Positions 40,453 to 51,852 of a stretch of DNA of 64,000 nt are shown here, one piece after another. Numbering within the stretch: position 1 is the first letter of the stretch; the number at the start of each line of letters is the position of its first letter. Origin of the DNA: an uncultured Methanoregulaceae archaeon (lineage in GTDB: Archaea > Halobacteriota > Methanomicrobia > Methanomicrobiales > Methanospirillaceae); contig CAWJAX010000005.1 in NCBI GenBank assembly GCA_963841015.1, positions 480,001-544,000 of the forward strand. The letters run 5' to 3'. A program made the position numbers and the translations under genes. Below the pieces are notes generated by a model that worked only from the letters and a program-made list of their open reading frames with translations, searched no databases and was not told the DNA's origin.

Positions 40453-40872
40453 ATGGCAGCACCAAAAAAGACTCAGAAGAGAATGCCAAGAAGGCGTGAA
40501 GAGTTCACCTATCGGGGATACAGGATAGACGAGCTGAAGGCGATGGGGATTAGCGAACTCCTCCCGCTCATGCCGGCCCGTGCACGCCGCAAGATAGTAC
40601 GCGGTTTCTCCCGTGGTGAAGAAATTTTGCTTACAAAGGTCCGTGATGGGGACGAGAAGATCAGAACGCATCTGCGGGAAATGATTGTCATGCCTGAGAT
40701 GGTGGGCAAATCGATTGAGATTTATAACGGCAAGGAATTCATGAAAGTTGAATTTCAGCCGGAATCTGTTTTCCACTATCTCGGTGAGTTTGCACTGACA
40801 AGAAGGAAGGTCGCTCATGGTAGTGCCGGTATCGGTGCAACACGAGGAAGCAAATACGTTCCGCTGAAGTGA
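40453..40872 (+). CDS. rps19: 30S ribosomal protein S19
   Basis: [21 protein letters not shown]. Confidence 0.96.
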   Translation: MAAPKKTQKRMPRRREEFTYRGYRIDELKAMGISELLPLMPARARRKIVRGFSRGEEILLTKVRDGDEKIRTHLREMIVMPEMVGKSIEIYNGKEFMKVEFQPESVFHYLGEFALTRRKVAHGSAGIGATRGSKYVPLK

Positions 40873-40877
40873 TGAAC

Positions 40878-41342
40878 ATGGCACGAATTGATTATTCACA
40901 GAAAATCAGCGGCGACAATATCGCAAAAGCGAAAGCTAACGAACTGAATATGTCGCCCAAGCATTCGATCGAAATTGCTACGTTCATCAGGCATCAGCGC
41001 GTAAACGACGCAATCGCGTACCTGAATGATGTCGTGGGTTTAAAGAAAGCAATCCCGTTCCGGCGTTTTAACCGGAATGTGGCGCACAAACGCGGTCTCC
41101 CGGGAAACTGGGATGCAGGAAGGTACCCGGTGAAGGCATCGAAGGCATATATCCGGGTTCTTGAATCGGTTAAGAAGAATGCCGAGTATATCGGTCTCGA
41201 TGCTGATAATCTTGAGATCATCCACGTATCGGCTAACCGCGGGCGCGCCCAGAAATCTTTCTTCCCCCGTGCAATGGGACGAGCGACCCCCAAGGTCCGT
41301 GAAAGTGTGAACATTGAAGTTATAGTCCGCGAGGTGGTGTAA
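40878..41342 (+). CDS. rpl22: 50S ribosomal protein L22
   Basis: [24 protein letters not shown]. Confidence 0.96.
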   Translation: MARIDYSQKISGDNIAKAKANELNMSPKHSIEIATFIRHQRVNDAIAYLNDVVGLKKAIPFRRFNRNVAHKRGLPGNWDAGRYPVKASKAYIRVLESVKKNAEYIGLDADNLEIIHVSANRGRAQKSFFPRAMGRATPKVRESVNIEVIVREVV

Positions 41343-42040
41343 TGGCGGTGGAGCAGAAGTTTATCTCAGAAGGTGTGCGGAAAGCCCGTGTTGAAAAGTA
41401 CCTGTCAAAGGAACTGAAGCGTGCAGGATACGGCGGCATGGATATAGCCAGAACCCCGCTGGGCACACAAGTGACCATCTTTGCAGAAAAACCCGGTATT
41501 GTTATCGGAAAAGGCGGCAAACTGGTTCACCAGTTGACCCTGGACCTTGCTCAGAACTATGGCGTTGAATCTCCCCAGATTGAAGTTCAGCAGGTAACAA
41601 ACCCAAGCTTCAATGCCCAGATTATGGCAGAACGGCTGGCAAATGCCCTTGAACGAGGCTGGTACTTCCGTAAAGCGGGATCGAGCATCCTTCGCAGGGT
41701 TATGGACTCCGGTGCGCTTGGATGTGAAGTTGTGATTGCCGGTAAATTAACCGGAGCGCGTGCCCGTACCCAGAAGTTTACTGAAGGGTACATCAAGCAC
41801 TGTGGTGAACCGAGTAACACCATCGTTGAGAAAGGGTATGCAGTCGCCATCAAGAAACTGGGAGTCATAGGTGTCCAGGTAAAGCTTGTCCCAGCTGGTG
41901 CGAAACTACCGGATCACTTTGAAATAATTGAACAGGAGAAGAAGCGAAAGGCACCGAAAGTGACCGTCACGGATATTGGAGATATTGACGTGGACGAACC
42001 AGCCCTTCCCGATGAAATTCCCTTCAGGGAGGATCGGTAA
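41342..42040 (+). CDS. rps3: 30S ribosomal protein S3
   Basis: RAGYGG, KPGIVIGKGG KH domain. Confidence 0.97.
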   Translation: MAVEQKFISEGVRKARVEKYLSKELKRAGYGGMDIARTPLGTQVTIFAEKPGIVIGKGGKLVHQLTLDLAQNYGVESPQIEVQQVTNPSFNAQIMAERLANALERGWYFRKAGSSILRRVMDSGALGCEVVIAGKLTGARARTQKFTEGYIKHCGEPSNTIVEKGYAVAIKKLGVIGVQVKLVPAGAKLPDHFEIIEQEKKRKAPKVTVTDIGDIDVDEPALPDEIPFREDR

Positions 42041-42243
42041 TGGCACTATTACGGGCACGGGAAGTCCAGCAGCTTTCTGAAGTAGAACTGCAGGAACAGA
42101 TGGAAAAACTCCGGATGGAGCTCGTCCAGCATTACGGAAAAGTCAGTGCCGGTGGCGCCACAGAAAACCCGGGTCATATTGGGGAAATCAGGCGAACAAT
42201 CGCCCGTTTGAAGACCGAGCAGAACCGCAGGAGAAATGTATGA
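42040..42243 (+). CDS. rpl29: 50S ribosomal protein L29
   Basis: ENPGHIGEIRRTIARLKT; operon position. Confidence 0.95.
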   Translation: MALLRAREVQQLSEVELQEQMEKLRMELVQHYGKVSAGGATENPGHIGEIRRTIARLKTEQNRRRNV

Positions 42244-42524
42244 TCTCTTCCCAGAATGTCCTCCGTCATGAACTGATCGGACTGGACGTTCTGGTATCGG
42301 GAGCGGCAAACCCCCTTCACCGGGGACTATGCGGTCACATCATCGATGAAACAAAAAATCTGCTGATAATTGAGACCTTAAACGGGGTCAAACGCATTCC
42401 TAAGATGCACAGCAGATTTCAGCTGCACCTTCCAGGCAGTGAACTTGTTGAGATAGATGGATCCGTGATGGTTTTGGCTCCTGAAAAGAGAATCAACCTG
42501 CACGAAAAGAAGAGGATAAAATAA
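42240..42524 (+). CDS. rnp1: Ribonuclease P protein component 1 (Rpp29)
   Basis: RHELIGL, IIDETKN, PEKRI. Confidence 0.93.
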   Translation: MISSQNVLRHELIGLDVLVSGAANPLHRGLCGHIIDETKNLLIIETLNGVKRIPKMHSRFQLHLPGSELVEIDGSVMVLAPEKRINLHEKKRIK

Positions 42525-42850
42525 TGGCACTAAACATTGGATTGAACGTTCAGGCACCAAAACAAGAATGCCATGACGTTAATTGTCCGTTTCACGGCAC
42601 TTTACCGGTGCGCGGCCAGGTGATCACCGGCAAAGTCGTGAGCGATCGAATGATGGGAACGGTCGTTGTCGCACGTAATTACCTGCACTACATCCGTAAA
42701 TATAAGCGGTATGAAAAACGCAGCTCGAAACTTCACGCCCACAACCCAGCCTGTATTCAGGTTAAGGTTGGCGATATGGTGAAGATCGCTGAATGCAGAC
42801 CGCTGTCGAAGAGTACAACCTTCGTTGTCGTTGAGGTGCTGCAGCCATGA
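42524..42850 (+). CDS. rps17: 30S ribosomal protein S17
   Basis: [26 protein letters not shown]. Confidence 0.96.
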   Translation: MALNIGLNVQAPKQECHDVNCPFHGTLPVRGQVITGKVVSDRMMGTVVVARNYLHYIRKYKRYEKRSSKLHAHNPACIQVKVGDMVKIAECRPLSKSTTFVVVEVLQP

Positions 42851-43245
42851 AGGCAAAGCAGTCTACGATTCCTCGCGCGCTTGCCACGGGGACAAGGCTT
42901 GCCTGCGCAGATAATACCGGTGCAAGGACAGTTCAGATCATTTCTGTCTTCGGCTACCACGGTGTCAGGCGCCGTCAGCCCAAGCTGGGTCTCGGGGATC
43001 TCTGCACAGCGAGCGTCCAGAAGGGGACTCCTGACATGCGCCGCAAGCTTGTGCGTGCTGTCATCATCCGTCAGAAAAAAGAGATGCGCAGGCCGAACGG
43101 CATGCGGGTATCCTTCGATGACAACGCAGTTGTTGTTGTGGATGAGAAGAACGAACCAAAAGGGACGGAGATCAAGGGTCCGATAGCCCGCGAGGTCGCG
43201 GAACGGTTCCCCAAGCTCGGTTCCATGGCAACGATCATTGTGTGA
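42847..43245 (+). CDS. rpl14: 50S ribosomal protein L14
   Basis: [23 protein letters not shown]. Confidence 0.97.
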   Translation: MKAKQSTIPRALATGTRLACADNTGARTVQIISVFGYHGVRRRQPKLGLGDLCTASVQKGTPDMRRKLVRAVIIRQKKEMRRPNGMRVSFDDNAVVVVDEKNEPKGTEIKGPIAREVAERFPKLGSMATIIV

Positions 43246-43255
43246 GGTGAGAAGT

Positions 43256-43618
43256 ATGGTAAGAATCGAAAGTGAACAGCCAAGAAAGCAGAGAAAGGCG
43301 CGCTACCAGGCACCTTCACACGTGAAGACCAAATACCTCAACGCCCCGCTTTCCGCTGCGCTCAAGGAAAAATACAAGAAAAAGACGCTGCGGGTGATTA
43401 AGGGTGATACCGTTAAGGTAACCCGGGGAGATTTTGTTGGCAACGAGGGTATTGTTGACGCAGTTGATAGCAAGAAGTCAAAACTTGTTGTCCATGGTGT
43501 TTCTTCCACGAAAGCAGATGGAACCGAAGTACCCCGGAACATCGATGCCTCAAATGTGCAGCTCACCAAACTGAATCTCACTGACAAGCGCCGTGGGGAA
43601 AAATTAGGGGAGGCTTAA
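43256..43618 (+). CDS. rpl24: 50S ribosomal protein L24
   Basis: QPRKQRK, KGDTVKVTRGD. Confidence 0.96.
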   Translation: MVRIESEQPRKQRKARYQAPSHVKTKYLNAPLSAALKEKYKKKTLRVIKGDTVKVTRGDFVGNEGIVDAVDSKKSKLVVHGVSSTKADGTEVPRNIDASNVQLTKLNLTDKRRGEKLGEA

Positions 43619-43621
43619 ATA

Positions 43622-44347
43622 ATGTCGGATCATCTGAAGCGGTTAAACGCCCCTGACTCGTGGCACATTGCAAAGAAGACCACGAAATTCATTACGAAAA
43701 CAGCCCCCGGACCGCACAATGCAAATGCAATGCCGATTGCAGTCTGGCTCCGTGATCATATGGGTCTGGCACGGAATTTAAAAGAAGTCAAGCAGATCCT
43801 TCACCAGAACGATGTAATTATCAATGGAAGACCCTGCCGTGACGCAAAAGTTGGCATCGGTATTTTTGATATTATCTCATTACCGAAGATCAACAAATTC
43901 TACCGTATCCTGCGTGACAAGAACGGTCGTCATGTCTCGATTGAAATTGATGCCGAGGCAGCAAAGACCCGTCTGTGCAAGGTTAAAAACAAGACCATTG
44001 TCTCAGGTGGTAAGGTTCAGCTCAACATGAGGGATGGAGCCAACCTGCTTGCTGACAACACCTACAAAGCCGGGGACTCGATCATTCTCTCGCTTGAACC
44101 TGAAACAAGGTTCAATATTATTGACCACTTCCCGTTTGCCGTTGGTAACATGGCCATGGTTATCGGGGGTCGTCACTCAGGAAAGGTTGCAAGAATCGTT
44201 GATATTGTCAAGATGCCGGGCAGCGTCCCCAATAAGATTATCTTAGAGGATGAAACGACAAAGACGCGGTTTGACACGATTGCACCCTATATTTACATGG
44301 TCGGAAAACAGACCTCCGCGATAGCGTCATGGGGGCATGAGCAGTGA
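43622..44347 (+). CDS. rps4e: 30S ribosomal protein S4e
   Basis: [14 protein letters not shown]. Confidence 0.96.
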   Translation: MSDHLKRLNAPDSWHIAKKTTKFITKTAPGPHNANAMPIAVWLRDHMGLARNLKEVKQILHQNDVIINGRPCRDAKVGIGIFDIISLPKINKFYRILRDKNGRHVSIEIDAEAAKTRLCKVKNKTIVSGGKVQLNMRDGANLLADNTYKAGDSIILSLEPETRFNIIDHFPFAVGNMAMVIGGRHSGKVARIVDIVKMPGSVPNKIILEDETTKTRFDTIAPYIYMVGKQTSAIASWGHEQ

Positions 44348-44850
44348 CGTCAATGCGCGATATCTATATCGACAAGGTGGTAGTTCACATGGGAGTCGGC
44401 GAGAGCGGGGAAAAGCTCGTAAAAGCTGAAAATATCATGAAGACTATCACCAGACAGACCCCTATCCGGAGTATTGCGAGGATGACTCAACCGGCATTCT
44501 CAATAAGGAAAGGTGCCCCGATTGGATGCAAGGTCACCCTCCGTGGCAAACCAGCCCGGGATTTTTTCTCGACATCGATTGGGATCATTAACAAAACCGT
44601 CTTTGAGAGCCAGTTTGACAAGAGCGGGAATATCTCATTTGGAATAGAGGAACATACTGATTTTCCCGGCATGTCCTACGACCCACAGATTGGTATCTTT
44701 GGTATGGATGTCAATGTGGTTCTCGAACGCAAAGGCATACGAATCACCCGCAGGCGCATGGAGCAGAAAAAACTCCCGGCAAAACAGCGCGTGAAAAAAG
44801 AGGATGCGATTGCATTTCTCAAAGAGCAGTATCAGGTTGAGGTGCGCTAA
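44344..44850 (+). CDS. rpl5: 50S ribosomal protein L5
   Basis: [27 protein letters not shown]. Confidence 0.97.
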   Translation: MTSMRDIYIDKVVVHMGVGESGEKLVKAENIMKTITRQTPIRSIARMTQPAFSIRKGAPIGCKVTLRGKPARDFFSTSIGIINKTVFESQFDKSGNISFGIEEHTDFPGMSYDPQIGIFGMDVNVVLERKGIRITRRRMEQKKLPAKQRVKKEDAIAFLKEQYQVEVR

Positions 44851-45005
44851 TGGCTGGAGAACAGAAGAAGATCTATGGTCGCGGTGCGAACGAATGCAAG
44901 ATGTGCGGGCGTAAACAGGGGCTTGTGCGCAGATATCATATTATGTTCTGCAGGCAGTGCTTCCGCGAGTGGGCCCGGAAAATCGGATTTAAAAAGATGA
45001 GCTGA
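44850..45005 (+). CDS. rps14: 30S ribosomal protein S14 (zinc-binding), missed by the ORF track
   Basis: Manual translation [51 protein letters not shown]. Confidence 0.95.
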   Translation: MAGEQKKIYGRGANECKMCGRKQGLVRRYHIMFCRQCFREWARKIGFKKMS

Positions 45006-45018
45006 AGGTGAATGCACA

Positions 45019-45411
45019 ATGACACGAAGTAATCCAATAGCAGACGGAATGTGTTCCCTGAAAAATGCCGGTGACACCGGTAAGTCCGTGTGCATCATCG
45101 AACCAGCAAGTAAACTCCTCGGTGCAATGCTCCGTATTATGCAGGACGCCGGTTACATCAGCAGTTTTGAGTTCATCGATGATGGCAGAGGAGGACAGCT
45201 TAAGGTTCACCTCACGGGTAAAATTAACCGGTGTGGTGCGATAACCCCGCGGTTTTCGGTACAGATGGATGAGATGGAATACTGGGAGAAGCAGTACCTG
45301 CCCGGAAAGAACTTCGGGCTGCTGATACTTTCGACCTCGCGTGGTGTACTATCACACGAACAGGCGAGGAAAGATGGTATCGGTGGCGAACTGCTCGGGT
45401 ATGTTTATTAA
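45019..45411 (+). CDS. rps8: 30S ribosomal protein S8
   Basis: [22 protein letters not shown]. Confidence 0.96.
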   Translation: MTRSNPIADGMCSLKNAGDTGKSVCIIEPASKLLGAMLRIMQDAGYISSFEFIDDGRGGQLKVHLTGKINRCGAITPRFSVQMDEMEYWEKQYLPGKNFGLLILSTSRGVLSHEQARKDGIGGELLGYVY

Positions 45412-45424
45412 AAGGTGCGAGATC

Positions 45425-45949
45425 ATGTCAGCAGTCAGAAAAGTTAAGATTCCCGAGGGTGTAAAAGCCCGTCTGGATGGCTCGCAGCTCGAAGTGAAAG
45501 GTCCAAAAGGTCAGCTTTCACGAAACATGCGGTTCCCCCAGGTAATCGTAACCTGCGAAGGAAACGAGGTTACTATCTCAACCGAATCCAAGAGAAAAGA
45601 GATGACAGCGATGGTTGGGACACTGGAGGCGCATACCAAAAACATGTGCCGGGGTGTCAGTGAAGGGTTTGAGTACCATATGAAAATGGTCTACAGCCAC
45701 TTCCCGATCCAGCTGAAACTTCAGGGAAACCGGCTTGAGATTGCCAACTTCCTTGGTGAGAAGAAGGCGCGTTACGCACGGATTGAGCCGGGTGTTACCG
45801 CAAAGATAGCAAATGATGAAGTTGTGCTCACAGGAATCGACCGCGAACTGGTCGGAACCTCAGCAGCAAACATTGAGCATGCTACTCACATCCGTAACCG
45901 TGATCCCAGGGTCTTCCAGGATGGCATCTATATTGTGCAGAGGGGCTGA
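45425..45949 (+). CDS. rpl6: 50S ribosomal protein L6
   Basis: VKGPKG, YSHFPI, NFLGEK, DPRVFQDGIY. Confidence 0.96.
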   Translation: MSAVRKVKIPEGVKARLDGSQLEVKGPKGQLSRNMRFPQVIVTCEGNEVTISTESKRKEMTAMVGTLEAHTKNMCRGVSEGFEYHMKMVYSHFPIQLKLQGNRLEIANFLGEKKARYARIEPGVTAKIANDEVVLTGIDRELVGTSAANIEHATHIRNRDPRVFQDGIYIVQRG

Positions 45950-45955
45950 AGATCG

Positions 45956-46699
45956 ATGACCACTGAAATAAAACGGTTAATCCGGGTGCGTGTAGAAAAG
46001 GGTGCAACCTTCAAGCGTGACGGATACGGTAAGAAGAAGCAACTCTCTGATTCCTGGAGAAAGCCACGGGGGCAGCACAATAAGCAGAGAGAGCAGAAAA
46101 AGGCAAAAGGAGCACTCCCCAAGCCCGGGTTCGGAAGCCCGATTGCAGTCCGCGGGATGCACCCCAGCGGATTTTTTGAGGTGTTGGTCTCTTCGGCTAA
46201 GGAACTTGAGGGTATTGATCCCAAGACTCATGCGATCCGGATAGGAGCAACAGTTGGTGACCGTACACGTGCCGGACTCCAGGAAAAGGCACTTGCGGCA
46301 GGGTTCAAAGTGCTGAATGCCCGCACGGTAAAGACCGGATCAGAACAGGAAAAGGTCCGCAAACCAGCAAAGGTGGCAGACAACAAGAAGAGCGAAGAAA
46401 AGAAACCCGCAAAGTCAAAAGCCCCGGCAGCAGAACCTGTCAAAAAAGATACCAGGAAGACAAAGAAAACACCCGAGGCAGAAGAGAAAAAGGCTCCGGT
46501 AAAAGAAAAGAAACCGGTAAAACCGAAAGCGGAACCGGCAGAAAAAACACCGGAAAAAACGAAGGAAGCAGCTCCTCCAAAAACAACCAAGAAAGCGGTG
46601 AAGCCAAAGACGGATGCTCCTGCTGAAGCCAAACCCAAGGCAGCAGCAAAACCCAAGACTAAAAAGAAGACCGAGTCAGAGGTGAAGAAGAATGAGTGA
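45956..46699 (+). CDS. rpl32e: 50S ribosomal protein L32e with long Lys/Ala/Pro/Glu-rich C-terminal extension
   Basis: WRKPRG.HNK, RGMHPSG core of ~122 aa, then ~125 aa low-complexity tail. Confidence 0.93.
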   Translation: MTTEIKRLIRVRVEKGATFKRDGYGKKKQLSDSWRKPRGQHNKQREQKKAKGALPKPGFGSPIAVRGMHPSGFFEVLVSSAKELEGIDPKTHAIRIGATVGDRTRAGLQEKALAAGFKVLNARTVKTGSEQEKVRKPAKVADNKKSEEKKPAKSKAPAAEPVKKDTRKTKKTPEAEEKKAPVKEKKPVKPKAEPAEKTPEKTKEAAPPKTTKKAVKPKTDAPAEAKPKAAAKPKTKKKTESEVKKNE

Positions 46700-47144
46700 T
46701 GTTGCCAGCCAGAAACGCATCGCTGCATCAGTATTGAAGTGCGGTGTCAATCGTGTCTGGTTTGACCCGGCCCGTATCTCGGATATCGAGAACGCAATCT
46801 CACGTGAAGACTTACGAGGGCTTATCACTGATGGTGCAATCAAGGCACAACAGAAGAAGGGTGTAAGCCGCGGGAGAGCCCGTGCACGGATCGCAAAACG
46901 GTCATACGGCCACCGTAAGGGTGCGGGAAAAAGAAAGGGTGCGGCAGGTGCCCGCAATCCAAGCAAAACAGCCTGGGTCCAGAAGATCCGTGCTATACGA
47001 AAAGTGCTCGTCGAACTCCGCGATGCCGGTACGATTGACCGTCATCTGTACCGCATAATTTACCGGAAAGCGGCAGGCGGTCAGTTCAGGAGCGTTGCGC
47101 ACATGAAGGCACAGATGGAGATCCTCGCAGGGAGGATGAAGTAA
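46692..47144 (+). CDS. rpl19e: 50S ribosomal protein L19e
   Basis: QKRIAA, RVWFDP, GKRKG. Confidence 0.96.
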   Translation: MSDVASQKRIAASVLKCGVNRVWFDPARISDIENAISREDLRGLITDGAIKAQQKKGVSRGRARARIAKRSYGHRKGAGKRKGAAGARNPSKTAWVQKIRAIRKVLVELRDAGTIDRHLYRIIYRKAAGGQFRSVAHMKAQMEILAGRMK

Positions 47145-47145
47145 C

Positions 47146-47670
47146 ATGGCAACAGGATCACGGTATTTTGTTCCCTTCCGAAGACGAAGAGAGGGCAAGA
47201 CCGATTACTACAAGCGGACCAGGCTCGTCGTAGCAGATGCGCCACGAATGGTTGTGCGCAAAACAAACCGGCATATCATTATCCAACTCGTTACAGCAGA
47301 GATGGATGGCGACCGCACACTCATCGCAGCAAATTCTGCCGAGCTGGAAACATACGGATACAAGGGATCGACATCCAATACACCGGCAGCCTACCTGACC
47401 GGCATGCTCTTTGCCGTAAAAGCGAAAAAAGCAGATTACGGCAGGGCTATCCTGGATATCGGGCTCAACCGCGCAACTCCCGGTGCCCGGGTCTTCGCCG
47501 CACTGAAAGGTGCTGTTGAAGCAGGACTTGATGTACCTCATGGAGAGAAGATCCTTCCCTCCGACGAACGTGCCAAGGGTGCACATATCGCTGCATATAA
47601 TAAAAATGCCAGTGATATTGTTTCAATTGTCGAACAGGTGGCAGACGCCATAAAAAAGGAGCTGGTGTAA
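47146..47670 (+). CDS. rpl18: 50S ribosomal protein L18
   Basis: RRRREGKTDY, PAAYLTG, LDIGL. Confidence 0.96.
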   Translation: MATGSRYFVPFRRRREGKTDYYKRTRLVVADAPRMVVRKTNRHIIIQLVTAEMDGDRTLIAANSAELETYGYKGSTSNTPAAYLTGMLFAVKAKKADYGRAILDIGLNRATPGARVFAALKGAVEAGLDVPHGEKILPSDERAKGAHIAAYNKNASDIVSIVEQVADAIKKELV

Positions 47671-48288
47671 ATGGCTTATGAAAGAGAAGAGTGGCGCCCG
47701 GTCACCGGTCTTGGCAAACTCGTCGCCTCGGGAGAGATAAAAAGTATTGACCAGGTACTTGAGAGCGGCAGGCCGATCAAGGAACCCCAGATTGTCGATA
47801 TGTTCCTTCCCGATCTGGAAGATGAAGTTCTTGATATCGCCATGATGCAGCGGATGACCGACTCAGGTCGTCGCGTTCAGTTCCGTGCTGTTGTTATTGT
47901 TGGCAACCGGAACGGGTATATCGGATTTGGTCAGGGTAAGGACGTGCAGGTAGGTAATGCGATCAAGAAGGCGATCGTGAAAGCCAAGATGAATCTTATT
48001 AAGGTGCGGCGCGGTTGCGGCAGCTGGGAATGCGGGTGTGATGCAACTCATTCGATTCCAATGCAGGTCAAGGGAACTGCAGGCAGCGTCCAGGTCACCC
48101 TCAAACCCGCACCCCAGGGTATCGGACTTGTTACCGGGGATATCAGTAAGAAAGTGCTTGAGCTTGCAGGAATCAAGGATGTGTGGACGTTCGCACGCGG
48201 ACAGACACGTACTACTATCAACTTTGCCAAGGCTACCTTCAACGCCCTCAATGAAACCAATATGATCAGGACAGGGAGGTTGCCGTAA
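47671..48288 (+). CDS. rps5: 30S ribosomal protein S5
   Basis: [17 protein letters not shown]. Confidence 0.97.
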   Translation: MAYEREEWRPVTGLGKLVASGEIKSIDQVLESGRPIKEPQIVDMFLPDLEDEVLDIAMMQRMTDSGRRVQFRAVVIVGNRNGYIGFGQGKDVQVGNAIKKAIVKAKMNLIKVRRGCGSWECGCDATHSIPMQVKGTAGSVQVTLKPAPQGIGLVTGDISKKVLELAGIKDVWTFARGQTRTTINFAKATFNALNETNMIRTGRLP

Positions 48289-48750
48289 ATGTTTGCAGTT
48301 GTTCAGGTCCGTGGCGTCGTAAAAACGCGCCGGGACATCAAGGACACCCTCAAGATGCTGCGTCTTCATCACATCAACCACTGCGTGCTCGTGCCGGACA
48401 CACCGGAAAACCTCGGCATGATCCGCAAGGTAAAGGACTATGTTGCTTATGGTGAAGCCGATGCATCCACCATTGAGACACTGCTGCTGACCCGTGGCAG
48501 GGTTATTGGTGATGCACCCCTTACCGATGAGTACATCAGATCGAATTCGACATACAGCAACATTTCCCAGTTTGCACAGGCGCTTGCGAGTGGTGAAACA
48601 AAACTGCGTGAAATTCCGGGACTCAAACCTGTATTACGCCTTCATCCGCCACGCAAGGGATACAAGACCACCAAACGCACTTTCCCTCAGGGTGGAGCGC
48701 TTGGCTATTATGGTCAGGAGATCAATACTCTCCTCTATAAGATGAGGTGA
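48289..48750 (+). CDS. rpl30: 50S ribosomal protein L30
   Basis: TLKMLRL, RLHPPRKG. Confidence 0.96.
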   Translation: MFAVVQVRGVVKTRRDIKDTLKMLRLHHINHCVLVPDTPENLGMIRKVKDYVAYGEADASTIETLLLTRGRVIGDAPLTDEYIRSNSTYSNISQFAQALASGETKLREIPGLKPVLRLHPPRKGYKTTKRTFPQGGALGYYGQEINTLLYKMR

Positions 48751-48756
48751 TGCAGG

Positions 48757-49185
48757 ATGCCAACCAACAAACGTTCAAAGTTCCGCGGATCGCGGACATG
48801 CGGTGGCGGCACCCATAAAAACCGTCGTGGTGCAGGCAACCGCGGCGGTCGCGGTCGCGCCGGTATTAACGCTCACCACTTTGTAAAGTGGTATAAAGAG
48901 ATGGGAGGACCGGTCTTTGGAAAGGATGGTTTCTCGAATAGTTCCCGGACTTCAGTCACGGTAATGGATGTCGGGATTATCGATCAGATTATACCATCGC
49001 TCCTGGCGCAGGGTATTGCAAAGAATGAAGGAGATGTCATCATAATCAACACCGCTGATATGGGCATCGAGAAGGTGCTGGGCAGCGGCAAAGTCACAAA
49101 AAAGCTGAACATCACCTCGCAGGCATTCTCTGAATCAGCCAAGGTAAAGATTGAAAAAATGGGTGGAAAGACGCAAATCGTCTGA
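48757..49185 (+). CDS. rpl15: 50S ribosomal protein L15
   Basis: RGSRTCGGG, RGAGNRGGRG, KVLGSG. Confidence 0.96.
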   Translation: MPTNKRSKFRGSRTCGGGTHKNRRGAGNRGGRGRAGINAHHFVKWYKEMGGPVFGKDGFSNSSRTSVTVMDVGIIDQIIPSLLAQGIAKNEGDVIIINTADMGIEKVLGSGKVTKKLNITSQAFSESAKVKIEKMGGKTQIV

Positions 49186-49211
49186 CCTGACCCGTAATTT
49201 TTGGTGAAACA

Positions 49212-50644
49212 ATGGGAAACCTGCTGGATCGAATGGAACCCCTGCTCGCTGCGATGCCCGCAGTCAGGAGTCCCGAAGGACATGTCCATTTCAAGAATAA
49301 ACTGATCTGGACAGTTGCAATACTGATTCTGTATTTTGCCCTGACGAATATCCCGCTTTTTGGCATGGCACCCCAGTCCGAGGATTTATTCGCGGCATGG
49401 CGTGCGCTTCTTGCAGGTTCAAGCGGTTCAATCGTTCAACTGGGTATCGGACCAATAGTTACAGCATCCATCGTGCTCCAGCTGCTGAAAGGAGCAGATA
49501 TCCTCCACATTGATACGAGCGAGACACGCGGACAGGTCATGTACATGGGTCTTCAGAAGCTCCTTGTCATGGTCATGATTGTAATTGAAGCAGCCCCGAA
49601 TCTTGTGGGAGGCTTCATTCAGCCAGATCCGGTGATCGCCCAGCAATTCTTTGGTGGCAACCTCTTTGCTGTATCCTTCATCATCTTTATCCAGATCTGT
49701 ATCGGGGGCCTTCTCATCTTCTTCATGGATGAAGTAGTAACCAAATGGGGTATTGGTTCAGGGGTCGGGCTCTTCATCATTGCCGGCATATCCCAGGCAT
49801 TGGTGAATGGGTTTATTCAGTGGGCAGCAGTTGCCGATCCATATCCGGTCGGTTTTTTCCCCGGCTCGTTGCCATCGGGCTGGATGGGGCAAGTTATCTC
49901 ACGTACTTTAGCAGGGACATGCTCGCATTTGTTACAACCGTTGTAATTTTCCTTGTTATTGTCTTTGTCGAATCAACGCGCATCGAGATCCCGCTTGCTC
50001 ACGCCCAGGTAAGGGGTGCACGGGCACGTTTCCCGGTAAAACTGATCTATGCAAGTGTCCTGCCAATGATCCTCGTCATGGTGCTTCTGGCAAATATCCA
50101 GATGATTGGGCTGTTCCTCTACAATATGGGTATCACAATATTCGGTACCTTCGTAGGTACACAAGCCGTCAGCGGTATAATGTATTACCTGTCACCGATC
50201 AATGGGCCATCGGACTGGATGTGGTGGGCTTACGATCTCCTGCATGCTCCATGGGAGGTGCTTTTACGTCTGGGCATCAATATGACAATTATGGTGGTCG
50301 GTGGTGCGATCTTCGCGCTCTTCTGGATCAAAACTGCAGGGCTCGATTCAAAAGATGTAGCCCGGCAAATCCAGTTATCGGGTATGTCCATTCCCGGCTA
50401 CCGCAGGAACCCGCAGGTACTTGAAAAGTATCTTGACCGGTATATCCCCCGGGTCACCGTCATTGGTGGTGTCTTTATTGGTGTGCTCAGTGTAGTTGCA
50501 AACCTCTTTGGTGTCATCGGTGGTGTGAGTGGAACTGGCCTGCTGCTGACGGTAAGCATCACATACCGTCTCTATGAAGAAATCGCAAGCCAGCAAATCA
50601 TGGAGATGTACCCGTTCATGCGGACATTCTTTGGTAAAGAGTGA
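49212..50644 (+). CDS. secY: Preprotein translocase SecY (apparent -1 frameshift near 49860)
   Basis: LGIGPIVTASI, GIGSGVGLFI, then FPVKLIYASVLP, IPGYRR, GTGLLLTV in a second frame. Confidence 0.93.
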
Positions 50645-50663
50645 AGACGTGGAAGGGACCAGG

Positions 50664-51236
50664 ATGGAAGGAAAAAAGGTTATCATAACCGGAGTACCGG
50701 GAGTCGGAAAGACGACGGTCGTCAACGAGGCGTTAAAGAAAATCAAGGAAGAAGGTGTCGAGTACAAATCCATTAATTTCGGCACCTTCATGTTTGAGGT
50801 TGCCATGAACGACAAAATCGTTCAGGACCGGGACCAGATGCGCACGCTGGACCGTGCAGTCCAGAAACGACTGCAACAGCGTGCTGCACAGGCAATTGCA
50901 CAGGTCCCCGGCAACGTTCTGATTGATACGCATGCATCGGTAAAGACACCGAAGGGGTATCTTGCCGGATTACCCGACTGGGTTCTGCGCGAGATTATGC
51001 CTGATAGTATCGTTCTCGTTGAAACGGATGAAGACCAGATCCTCATGCGGCGTTTAACGGATGAAACGCGATCCCGGGACAAAGAGGGTGCACGATCGAT
51101 AGCAGAGCACCAGCAGTTCAATCGCTCTATTGCAGCTGCATATGCAATGCTTACCGGCTGCACGGTAAAAATTGTGATAAACGCTGATTTCCTCCTCGAA
51201 CGGGCTGCAGAAGATATGGCAGCCGTGCTCAGGTGA
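50664..51236 (+). CDS. adkA: Adenylate kinase (archaeal type)
   Basis: ITGVPGVGKTT, DTHA, GYLAGLP. Confidence 0.94.
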   Translation: MEGKKVIITGVPGVGKTTVVNEALKKIKEEGVEYKSINFGTFMFEVAMNDKIVQDRDQMRTLDRAVQKRLQQRAAQAIAQVPGNVLIDTHASVKTPKGYLAGLPDWVLREIMPDSIVLVETDEDQILMRRLTDETRSRDKEGARSIAEHQQFNRSIAAAYAMLTGCTVKIVINADFLLERAAEDMAAVLR

Positions 51237-51240
51237 ACAT

Positions 51241-51852
51241 ATGGATATTGGAAAAGTTTGGGATAAATACGGTCTTTTCATTGCATTAGGCTTTATGATG
51301 CTGATGATGTTTTCCTACAGCGTCGAGTGGCTCCGTGTGGGAGTCGGCCAGGGGATGGATGGTGCATTCTCACCCTTAATCGAAGGATTTAAGATTCCCT
51401 TTTATATTCTCATCGTAATACTTTCTGCTCTTACGGGATTGTACTCTTCCGTTATCCAGAAATATACGATAGATTACGAGAAGATGACTGAAACTCAGGA
51501 ACGGATGAAGGAGTTCCAGACCGAGTATCGTGAAGCGCAACTTTCCAAGGATGAGAAAAAAATCAAGAAAATGGATGCAAAAAAAGACCGGGTAATGAAG
51601 GAACAGCTTGAAATGTCCCAGAACCAGTTCAAGCCGATGGCATACATCCTCGTACTGACCGTTCCAATCTTTTTCTGGTTGCTCTACAGGCTGAATGAGG
51701 TGCCCAGCACGATCACGCTACCCTATGCAGGGCTTCAAAGCCTGCTTGCTCCGGTGCTCTGGGTTGTCCCGGCATGGATGATCTGGTATATGATCTGTTC
51801 CATCACTTTGAGTCAGGTGATAAGGAAATCCTTAAACATCGGGGGTATCTGA
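51241..51852 (+). CDS. DUF106 (EMC3/TMCO1/YidC-like) membrane protein
   Basis: TM-coiled coil-QFKPM-TM, WY.ICS; conserved position after adk. Confidence 0.88.
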   Translation: MDIGKVWDKYGLFIALGFMMLMMFSYSVEWLRVGVGQGMDGAFSPLIEGFKIPFYILIVILSALTGLYSSVIQKYTIDYEKMTETQERMKEFQTEYREAQLSKDEKKIKKMDAKKDRVMKEQLEMSQNQFKPMAYILVLTVPIFFWLLYRLNEVPSTITLPYAGLQSLLAPVLWVVPAWMIWYMICSITLSQVIRKSLNIGGI

